Shown here: in pieces, positions 1-8,149 of the stretch
Layout of the letters: each line of letters begins with the position of its first letter
Numbering within the stretch: position 1 is the first letter of the stretch
Assembly (NCBI GenBank): GCA_021772675.1
Contig: JAJFLO010000068.1
Location: forward strand, 5,429 to 69,428
DNA length: 64,000 bases
DNA from: Verrucomicrobiota bacterium
GTDB lineage: Bacteria > Verrucomicrobiota > Lentisphaeria > JABSQK01 > JAJFLO01
Reading direction: 5' to 3'
Position numbers and translations under genes: made by a program
The notes under the pieces: model-generated
Told to the model about the DNA's origin: nothing
The model's input: the letters and a program-made list of their open reading frames with translations, nothing else
Database searches by the model: none

Positions 1-541
1 CGATAGCGTTGGTACCATCTTTAGTCGAGATTGCCCCCAATATCAAGTAAAGACGCCTAATGGCGCAATCATTCATATCTTAGTAAATCGTTTTAAATCG
101 CAGTCAGGAGGAGGCGGGGATAAACGCCAGAGACAATCTGCTCAAGTACGTGAAATTGTTAAGAATTTAGTTTCTGAGGGTAAACATGTAGTAGTACTCG
201 GCGATTTAAACGAAGGACCTGCGACAGAAAGAGCTCATGCAACAAACCTTGCAAACCTTTTCAACAATGGGAGTCCATTAGTTGATTGTTATCAGCAGCT
301 CAATTTTGATCAAGGGGGTCGTCCAGGAACTTATGATTCATGTGGATTGAGAAACAGATTAGACTATCTATTAATTTTTCAAAGCCTAGTCCCACATTTC
401 GATAGTGGAGGCATTCACCGTGAGGGCTTATGGGGTAAACGAATTACACGTCCGACGAATTGGACGACCCATCCGGAAATGACTAAATCTGAAGAACAAG
501 CATCTGATCATGCAGCTGTACGGATCAAGCTCAACATTTAA
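1..541 (+). CDS. Endonuclease/exonuclease/phosphatase (EEP) family protein, 5'-partial
   Basis: Frame open from position 2: FSRDCPQY, LVNRFKS, VVLGDLNE, RLDYLL, ASDHAAV motifs of the EEP fold. Confidence 0.85.
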   Translation, partial: DSVGTIFSRDCPQYQVKTPNGAIIHILVNRFKSQSGGGGDKRQRQSAQVREIVKNLVSEGKHVVVLGDLNEGPATERAHATNLANLFNNGSPLVDCYQQLNFDQGGRPGTYDSCGLRNRLDYLLIFQSLVPHFDSGGIHREGLWGKRITRPTNWTTHPEMTKSEEQASDHAAVRIKLNI

Positions 542-1128
542 AAAAATCAGCACGAACCATCCCATAGTCTGACTTCCATTAATTTCTTTGGAACTGGACT
601 TGTTACAGGTTGATGACTGCCTTCTGCCCCAGATTAATAAAAACAGAGTTAGTTTAACAGGTTTATTTTTGATTTTCTTATCCGTTTAACTCACCTTTTT
701 CTGGAACACTCTTTTCACAAAAGTACCCTGAATAATTTTCTCATCAGGAATGTTTCCTGTATTAATCCAATCAATCATAATTTTTAGTGAAGAAGAAATG
801 AAAGCTCGAAAACAATTCCCGGGGAAAAAATCAAGAATGTCGCGTTTAGATAACAGATTGTTATAAAAATTTAATAATTCTATTTGAAGTACGATCGTTT
901 CGTTGAAAGTTAATTAGAAGAATACAGCTTTTCAATGTAGGGATCAGCCGATGGTCTGTAATTTGGGATACGGGCAAATTATTATTAATAATATTTTTCT
1001 TTGATTCATTAGCCACAGCTGGGTGGTCGATGAAAGTTGAGTCCCAATTTTCCATAAAACATAAAACTTAAAATTAGAGATGCGCTCCTCTGAAATTCGA
1101 ACGTATATAGATAAAAAAGGTATTTAGT

Positions 1129-2589
1129 ATGAGTCAAAATGTATTTGTAATAACCAATAGAAAATTAGCAAGTAACGTCATTGGACTTCGTAACAATAGC
1201 GTAATAAACGATTCAACTGATAATGAGACAAAAATAATAAGCGTAAATGATAAGGTAGCAATTTACCGTGTTGAGTATCATGAAAACTATAATTATAAAA
1301 ATAAAGATGAAGAACTTGGGAATGTAGATCTTCACTTAATTCCAGATCTTAAAGAAAAGGTTGAAGAAATTGTACAATCTGGCCAAGAGCAAAAGAATTG
1401 GATTGCATTTCTACACGGAAATGACCAAAAACTATACAAAAACATCCGTAAATGCAAAATTATTGCAGATAAGTATGATAAAAATGTAATTGTTTTTTCT
1501 TGGCCATCTTGGGAGGCTCCAGATAAGGATGACGAATTTCGAACGATTACTGACCATTTAATAGGTATTTCCCGAGCGTTTACCCCCAATGCGTTAGAAT
1601 TCAGTAAGTTTTTAGACATTAAAAGAGAACAGTATCATGATGCTCGCGTAAATGCTATAAAATCAATCAATCATTTAAGTCAATTCTTTGATCATCTAAA
1701 AGAGTTAAATTTTATAGATATGGGTGACTTTAACAAAGAATTTAGGATGAGCTTTTTAGTTCATAGTCTCGGTCACTATATTCTACGAGAACATATTCAG
1801 GACTCAAACTATCCAAATCGACTTCCCTTTTTTGATAATATAATCCTTCACCAAGGAGATGAGTTTAATAATCAACATCATGAGTGGGTTACAAAATTAC
1901 AAGACAATTGCAATGAAATATATGTAACTTATAATGAACATGACGCTGTTCTCGAATTGTCTGATATGATACATGAACAAAATGCATCACTACCTCGAGG
2001 TATCTTGCTAGGACGATTTAAGAATGACCGCCTGGGTAATAGTAGGCGTTATAAATGGAAAAATGGAGTAGCTGGTGTGAATTATCTCGATTTATCTACC
2101 TATGTTCCTATTGGAGAACATGGGCCTTGCTTTAGTTATGATGAAACGAAAGACATATTTGAACCGCTTCTCAATCATGAAAAACTAAGTGAAAATATAT
2201 TAAAAAAATATGATAGATCCCACTCGTTTCAAAGGCCATATAATAGGGTAAGAGTCCTCTTAAGATCGATTTTTAAGAAACTAAAGAAAGATGATGATTC
2301 AAGTACGAATTCAGAAAGTAGGCCTGTACTGGATAATAACAATAGAAATATAATTGATTTTGTTTTCAATGCTGTAGAAGCAAACAACACGATTCACGAA
2401 AATACTGGGCCAATCCACGAAGTTGGGACAAATGAAATTTATATTAGATCAGAAAAGACCTGTAATTATTGTCGTGGAGATTTGTATGAAAAAATTGAAG
2501 AAATTATCGATAATGAGATTAACCTAAATTGGAAGGAATCTTACATAGATGAAAGTGGAAATCAAAAATTGCTTAGAACTAAACAATAA
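1129..2589 (+). CDS. Alpha/beta hydrolase (DUF900-like) with C-terminal extension
   Basis: FLHG, VFSWPS, VHSLG nucleophile elbow, N..D..L..S and RLG motifs. Confidence 0.75.
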   Translation: MSQNVFVITNRKLASNVIGLRNNSVINDSTDNETKIISVNDKVAIYRVEYHENYNYKNKDEELGNVDLHLIPDLKEKVEEIVQSGQEQKNWIAFLHGNDQKLYKNIRKCKIIADKYDKNVIVFSWPSWEAPDKDDEFRTITDHLIGISRAFTPNALEFSKFLDIKREQYHDARVNAIKSINHLSQFFDHLKELNFIDMGDFNKEFRMSFLVHSLGHYILREHIQDSNYPNRLPFFDNIILHQGDEFNNQHHEWVTKLQDNCNEIYVTYNEHDAVLELSDMIHEQNASLPRGILLGRFKNDRLGNSRRYKWKNGVAGVNYLDLSTYVPIGEHGPCFSYDETKDIFEPLLNHEKLSENILKKYDRSHSFQRPYNRVRVLLRSIFKKLKKDDDSSTNSESRPVLDNNNRNIIDFVFNAVEANNTIHENTGPIHEVGTNEIYIRSEKTCNYCRGDLYEKIEEIIDNEINLNWKESYIDESGNQKLLRTKQ

Positions 2590-2661
2590 TTTTTTTTAGC
2601 ATTCTACCAGTAATTATCTTTACATGCAGATTAGGATGATCTTTGCGGAGTTTATTGATGT

Positions 2662-3300
2662 TCATGTTGGAGCATTAACTTGTTGTGTTTGTTTGCGGGG
2701 CATATTCCATAAAATCGGAACGTAAGATTCTCGATTCAAAACAGCATCCAAAGTTTCGCTGAAAACAATATGAAATGAATCAGGTGAAGGAATTTTGAAT
2801 ATGATGGCATCAGCCAAATGAAAATCCTGAACGTAGCTGGACAGTTTCAATGTTGAAATCAGCTTTTTGGCCAAACCAATAGAACCTTCATTAATGTCTA
2901 ACAACGAAAATTGAATTTCTTCGGGTTCAAACAAAGGAGCCACCAAGGTAACAAAGGGAGCGAACGGCCCACAACCGGCGTAAAATATTTGAATCTTCTC
3001 ATCAGGATATTTTTCTTGTTTCGCTTTAATAGCCTCGACCATACCCTGTAAAAACTTCACTGTTCTTTTGTAATCCAAAAAACAATCTGCGGCATGTTTA
3101 AGCGAAAGCGCCATGCCTTTAGCAGTAGGAACCGCAGCTAAATGCTTAATTTCATGTTCATAATTCGACATTTCAGTTAGTTCATGAAAATATAGATAGA
3201 TCTCCTGTATAACACTCTCTACCTTATTTTGGTCAGTAGAGTTTTCTAATAATAAAGTTGAAAGGTTTTTAAGATTTGGAATTGACTTTATGGTTTCCAT
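2662..3300 (-). CDS. Class I SAM-dependent methyltransferase-like protein, possibly C-terminally truncated
   Basis: YAGCGPFAP SAM-binding motif I, LLDIN motif II, SETLD motif. Confidence 0.65.
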   Translation of the reverse strand: METIKSIPNLKNLSTLLLENSTDQNKVESVIQEIYLYFHELTEMSNYEHEIKHLAAVPTAKGMALSLKHAADCFLDYKRTVKFLQGMVEAIKAKQEKYPDEKIQIFYAGCGPFAPFVTLVAPLFEPEEIQFSLLDINEGSIGLAKKLISTLKLSSYVQDFHLADAIIFKIPSPDSFHIVFSETLDAVLNRESYVPILWNMPRKQTQQVNAPT

Positions 3301-3814
3301 ATTTCATTCATTTAATTGCCAATTACTTGAGCCACTTACAAAGGCTATTTGAATCGCATTATTAACGTATATGAGCATCCCTCATTAGGCAATAAATTAT
3401 GTTTATACTAAACCGTTCTGAACTCACTTATCACTTGATGAAGGTGTCGCCTATCCGTCAAAACTCCCGCGTGCGAGGTCTCAATTTTCCCAAAAACGCG
3501 AGAAGCACACCCGTTTTGGGAGTGTGGATACGATGCGCTTAGCATGGCATTCAACACTTCTAAAATTCCCGTACATCCAAAATAGAATGATGCGTGGTCA
3601 AAGATACTTTTGCAAATGGCTCATTTTATGGAGAGCATGCCATGGACTGTTACGAAAACACCAACATTAACTGTAGTGGCCACATTATTGGCTTCGTCAA
3701 CGAAGACTTTGCGATCAGTTTTTCCTCACTTGCGATTCGTGTCTAATCAGAAAATGTAATTTCTAATTGCTGCCTGTCCTGAAAGGTCCAATTTGTATGA
3801 TTTTGTATTAAAAA

Positions 3815-3862
3815 ATGTGGGCAGTCTGTCCCCCGAGGTGGGAGGCGCTCTCCGACCGGCGA
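3815..3862 (+). repeat. REP-like sequences upstream of RAYT
   Basis: GTCTGTCCCC and GTGGGAGGCGCTCTCCGACCGGCGAT resemble RAYT-flanking REP motifs. Confidence 0.45.
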
Positions 3863-3997
3863 TAAATTTTGAGGCTAATATCACTGTGATGGTTTTAGTT
3901 TTTTAGTTATAATTCCAACATAAAAAAACAAAGGACACCCCTTTGAAAAGAGGGATGAATGGGTTATTTTAATTGAAACAATTGAAAGGAGAATGTT

Positions 3998-4963
3998 ATG
4001 TACCAGAGACGCATTAAACTGAAGGCGCAACAAAAGACGTTTTATCTCATTACAAATCGGATAACAGGAGGGAGTTTTATATTCGGGGATGTGGAGAAGG
4101 AATACTTTAGAAAATTATTGTTTGAAGGGCAAGATAGACTGTCCTATACGGTTTGGGATTATGTAATTATGGACAATCATTTCCATGCTTTAATCGAAAT
4201 TCCCGAGGCTTCTGAAATGACTCGTGATGAATTGGCCCTTCGTTGGCAGAAACATTCTCGGCATTCAGATGCCAATGATCCGAGTGATGAAGATTTATAT
4301 ACGTTTCGAGAAAAAATTCATGACATAAGCTTAGTGGTTGGCAATATACAACAACGTTTTACGCAATGGTTTAATAAACGTAATAACCGATGGGGCAAAT
4401 TGTTTGGTGGCCGGTTTGATAGTGTGTTAGTGGATGAAAATTGTGCAATTGCAAAAATGATGGCTTACATCACTTTGAATCCCGTACGGGCGGGAATTGT
4501 CGTAGAACCTGCTGAGTATAAATGGAGTGGTTATAGTGAACGATTGGCTTGTGGTAAACTACAGGAAAATGATCTTGAAATTGCGACTTATTTGGTGCGC
4601 GAACTAGGTTTGCCGGAAAATGCATTGACAGGCAAAGAAAAGGTGGTAATTAATCGAATTTGGGATCGGTTTCGTGAGTATCTACTCGGTCACTCTTCAG
4701 GCCATCGCGATTTAGATATGGCTACCGTTGGGGAATTATTGGATTTTGCCGATATGCCATTAAAGTTGCAGTGGTCCCAACGGCTAATGCTCCGAGTTCG
4801 ATTTGCAACCAAAGGTGTTGCTGTGGGCTCTAAATCATTTGTCGCGGATGTTTTGAAGAGTCAAAAAGACATCCTAGGATATCGCCGCGAACACAATCCT
4901 GTTGAATCTCAAGCCTGGGATAAGGTTTATTGTTTGAAAAAACATCGGGTATTGATTGGATAG
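3998..4963 (+). mobile_element. REP-associated tyrosine transposase (RAYT, Y1 HUH family)
   Basis: YVIMDNHFHALI (HUH), LFGGRFDSVLV, YITLNPVRAGIV (catalytic Tyr), YKWSGY; RBS GGAGAA. Confidence 0.9.
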
Positions 4964-5048
4964 AGTCATTATTAATTGACCATAAATAAATAAAGGACAT
5001 CCTTTAATTGGGTGTTGGTCATCCGGTTTAATATTTTAGTTCGAAATT

Positions 5049-5581
5049 ATAATTCCCAGATTTTTCAACGTTTTGTTTTTGAAAACGGTTGCGTCGTTGG
5101 TCAGTGGTTGGTGTTTCTGGTTCTGTTTGAGTGATCTTGTCTTCAATAACTTTTTCGAGTTCTTTAACCTTTTTTTCGGGTTGTTTTTTAGAGATTTGTT
5201 GTGGTCGGAGACTCTGATTTTTGAGATTAACTTTTGCAAAAAGAGTACGAATATTTAAAATAGGTAATTGCCAACCAATGCGAGTGACCAGGATTTCTAT
5301 CAAGAAGAGGAATTGGAAGCAGACTAGAAACCAGTTTGAGATATCACGTTGTGCTTTTCCTTGAGGAACTAACCAGATATCGCTTAGGTTTGTACGTTCG
5401 GTCCCACCGGAGAGATGGGACAGATGTTTGAGTTCTTTGATCCTGGATTTGTCAAATGACCATTCGGGGTTTGTTCCGGCTACGATGGGACCAAAGGTTA
5501 AGGTGGTATTGCCAAGCTGAACGGCGCCACGGACCCATTGACCCGATTCAAGTTGGGTTGTACTCCGAGAATGTCCTGGCT
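5049..5581 (-). pseudogene. Orphan duplicate of the 3' ~170 codons of the VWA gene (8136-8667)
   Basis: Colinear direct repeat at offset 3085-3086; frame stays open (PGHSRSTTQLESGQWVRGAVQ...) until a 1-bp deletion just before the stop; no start codon for the full fragment. Confidence 0.9.
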
Positions 5582-5644
5582 ATCGTATTTTATGAGATCA
5601 ATGGCATAGTGGCGTTAAGAGGTAATACTAAGGAATCCAAAGAA

Positions 5645-5914
5645 ATGAAAACCAGAACCATTAAACTTGATGAACAGGTTGAAAACCGCTTGCGGGAACT
5701 TGGGGAGAAAATGGCGTGCAGCCCCCATTGGCTCATGAAAACCGCTATTGACAAGTACATAACGGAGCAAGATAATCTATTGGGTGCAGCAAGAGGAAGA
5801 TTTGGCCTGCTGGAACAATTATCTCATGACCGGTTATGCGATATCTCATGAAGATGTTTCCACTTGGTTGGAAAGCATTGGCACACCAAGCGAGAAACCA
5901 TGCCCTATAAGGTA
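5645..5914 (+). pseudogene. Ribbon-helix-helix (CopG-like) antitoxin, frameshifted
   Basis: MKTRTIKLDEQVENRLRELG...SPHWLMKTAIDKYI continues in another frame as EEDLACWNNYLMTGYAISHEDVSTWLESIGTPSEKPCP, typical of ParD/RelB-type antitoxins. Confidence 0.75.
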
Positions 5915-6013
5915 GTCGAGACAACTCCTGCTCTTTCCGACCTGGTTAGTCTTTGGAGGAAAATCAGGGCTTATCAATTGACTTTTTATTCTATTTTTAG
6001 CTATAAATCTTAA
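5900..6013 (+). pseudogene. Truncated RelE/ParE toxin N-terminus
   Basis: ATG overlaps the antitoxin end; MPYKVVETTPALSDLVSL resembles the ParE first strand and helix, then drifts and stops. Confidence 0.55.
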
Positions 6014-6028
6014 AGGCCTTGCCATAGT

Positions 6029-6298
6029 TTACCCAGGCATTCCATTTTTATGTGCCGATATTTGCCATCTTGCTTCAATTGTATCTGCAGATAAGTCAAC
6101 ACCACAATCCCATTCTATAAAATACCCACCATTTGAAACTTGTATAAATTCACTTTGATTTTTCAAATCAGCAAATGTTTCATATTCAAAATACGGGCTA
6201 ACGTCAGAAGTACCGATACGACCATCGTCTGCAACTATTTGTAACGTATAGTTTGCATTGGGATGAACCTCTGTAATTTTGATTGTCAAATCGCTCAT
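6029..6298 (-). CDS. DUF2442 domain protein
   Basis: ITEVHP..NYTLQIVADDG..G..DVSPY...F..LK....F..V...G..IEWDCGVDLSADTI pattern; RBS AGAGGAG before Met at 6298. Confidence 0.75.
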   Translation of the reverse strand: MSDLTIKITEVHPNANYTLQIVADDGRIGTSDVSPYFEYETFADLKNQSEFIQVSNGGYFIEWDCGVDLSADTIEARWQISAHKNGMPG

Positions 6299-6645
6299 AT
6301 CTCCTCTATATTCATTTCTCATGTCATATTGGTTAACTGTAAATACCATGAAGATCACCAGAGTTTTGGAGAATTGTATACTCATATGGAACAGTAATAT
6401 ACAAAATTACTGACTATGGAAAAACTACTCCTTTTATTTGAGGAGTTGATGCACTCCTTCGCGGAACAAATGGGAGGTGCATACAAAATAATAATCAGCC
6501 AGTTCATGAATTCACACGAGTATAAAATGTTTAAGACCATGCTTGATGAATCTTTGGTTTTAAATGCAAATCACCAATCACTGCCTGACAAGCAGTTAAA
6601 TGTGGCTGAATCAGCATGAAAACAGGTAAAAAAATGAACTGCAAA

Positions 6646-6721
6646 ACTTTAGTATTTAACCATTACGGTGATCCTCCTACAAGGGACTTTCGCCCTATAA
6701 GCTCACGCCAGCCGGGCGTAC
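6646..6721 (-). mobile_element. Group IIC(-attC) intron 5' end remnant 1
   Basis: Minus strand begins GTACGCCCGGC...TATAGGGCGAAAGTCCC; abuts ACAA (TTGT target on bottom strand) of an attC. Confidence 0.7.
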
Positions 6722-6845
6722 ACAAGATATTTGAGTACAATTTCCTATATTTGCGCGCGATTTATAGCTTAAAGTGTGGCCATCAAAATCATTACTGCAA
6801 TCACGAGTTTACTCGGCTAGGACATGTCTCAGTTCAACGTTCGCC
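6722..6845 (+). other. attC site (integron cassette recombination site), R'' end interrupted by intron
   Basis: TGAG(t)ACA(a)TTTCCTA pairs with TAGGACATGTCTCA with two extrahelical bases; ends GTTCGCC (6839-6845). Confidence 0.7.
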
Positions 6846-6846
6846 T

Positions 6847-6940
6847 ATGGAATACTGGACTTAACCTTGGATTTCGATTATCGGTAGTCGATTTTCAAAT
6901 GAGGTCCGGGAGACACTCGAGCGTATTCGAACATTTCCTT
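6847..6940 (+). pseudogene. ParE/RelE toxin fragment
   Basis: Reads MEYWT*PWISIIGSRFSNEVRETLERIRTFP; the G.RF..EV..TLERI..FP segment is ParE-like. Confidence 0.5.
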
Positions 6941-7046
6941 GCCGTCGGCTAGTAGTTGACGTAATGTACTTTTATATTTAACCATTACGGTGATCCTCCT
7001 GCAGAGGACTTTCACGTCATAAGATCAGCGCTCATATCGGGCATAC
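6937..7046 (-). mobile_element. Group IIC(-attC) intron 5' end remnant 2
   Basis: Homologous to 6646-6721 (shared ATTTAACCATTACGGTGATCCTCCT, GGACTTTC); CCTTGCCGTCGGCTAGTAG segment; abuts ACAA at 7047-7050. Confidence 0.7.
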
Positions 7047-7114
7047 ACAAATTCATAGATCCAATTTGAGATCCGCTGGCGCTCCATTCAAATGGATCAT
7101 GAAGAAAGTTCGCT
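7047..7114 (+). other. attC site
   Basis: TTCAT(a)GATCCA(a)TTTGA / TCAAATGGATCATGAA inverted repeat with two extrahelical bases; core GTTCGCT at 7108-7114. Confidence 0.8.
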
Positions 7115-7138
7115 GAGAAATGAAACGGACATACAGCA

Positions 7139-7471
7139 ATGAAACTACCCAATGTCGAGAAAGCATTTATCGATATCAAAAAATTAGAGAATTATTGTCT
7201 CAATCCTCTGCATCCACGAGGAAAGCACAAAGCTAAAGTGTTTGCGTCGGCTCTGGGATTGACAAAAGAAAACTCGATTGAATTGAAAGAAGAAATCGTC
7301 AAGTCGATTTCAGAAGTACAATGTGAGATATCTGAGACGGATCAATATGGCCAGCGATACGTCGTAGACTTTGAGTATTTTAGAGGACGTTTAAAGGCAT
7401 ATATTCGTACTTCATGGATAATCAAATCTAATGAAAATTTCCCAAGACTGGTTAGTTGTTATATATTATAG
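7139..7471 (+). CDS. DUF6883-like protein (putative nuclease toxin)
   Basis: KL..YCLNP.HPRGKHKA.VF..ALG, DQYGQRY, RTSWII, PRLVSCY motifs. Confidence 0.7.
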   Translation: MKLPNVEKAFIDIKKLENYCLNPLHPRGKHKAKVFASALGLTKENSIELKEEIVKSISEVQCEISETDQYGQRYVVDFEYFRGRLKAYIRTSWIIKSNENFPRLVSCYIL

Positions 7472-7489
7472 ATAAAGGAAGGCAAAAGT

Positions 7490-7705
7490 ATGAATACAGA
7501 AATCAAAAAGCTTGATGTAATCGCGTTACTCCATGATATTCCGGAAAAAGGACTATTGACCGGGCACGTTGGAACAGTTGTCGAAATATTGGCTGATGGC
7601 GTCTTCGAAGTAGAGTTCATAGACGATAATGGACGCACATATGCAACGTCGGCGCTAAAGAACGAAGAAATACTTCTCCTCCATTACGAGTCCGTCGCTG
7701 CATAG
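7490..7705 (+). CDS. DUF4926 domain protein (putative antitoxin/immunity)
   Basis: LDVIALLHDIP..GL..G.VGTVVE......FEVEF.D.NG.TYA pattern. Confidence 0.8.
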   Translation: MNTEIKKLDVIALLHDIPEKGLLTGHVGTVVEILADGVFEVEFIDDNGRTYATSALKNEEILLLHYESVAA

Positions 7706-7713
7706 AGTACTAA

Positions 7714-7800
7714 AGCGAACCAAACAATTGAGAGTAACGTCCAAAATGCCCGCGCGATTTTGAGCAATTAAGTTGCCGGAAATGTTACATGTCCAGAAGT
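7714..7800 (+). other. Left part of a truncated attC closing the DUF6883/DUF4926 cassette
   Basis: AGCGAAC (7714-7720) is the exact reverse complement of GTTCGCT at the cassette start. Confidence 0.55.
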
Positions 7801-8149
7801 AAATAATGGACACCCCTTTAACTGGATGACTAATAGAAAGAAATTGCGTTTAATTATTGGGGATGTGAGAAAAGTGAGCCAATCCTCTATTCTGATTAAA
7901 TCATGCGCTCCTTAACGAAACGGTGCAGCTTACGTAATTTTAAGTGTGTTAAAGAAGAAATCCGGGTGAAATGGTATTAAAATACGTCACGGTTGATTTT
8001 CGATTTAACTCCCTGAAATTATTTGATATTCGTTGTTGCAGTAGATTCCTCATGAATTATTCAGGCTAGTCTTAAATTGTGACTCTAGCGTATTCAAACA
8101 ATTTTATAATAGCTAAAACTATTATTTATAAATCATAGTTTCCTGATTT

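Noticed and set aside
5456-5851. 131 aa ORF as a real gene
   Set aside because: Chimera of the antisense of the duplicated VWA fragment and a frameshifted antitoxin starting at 5645
6616-6864. 82 aa ORF
   Set aside because: Runs across an intron remnant and an attC site; no protein features
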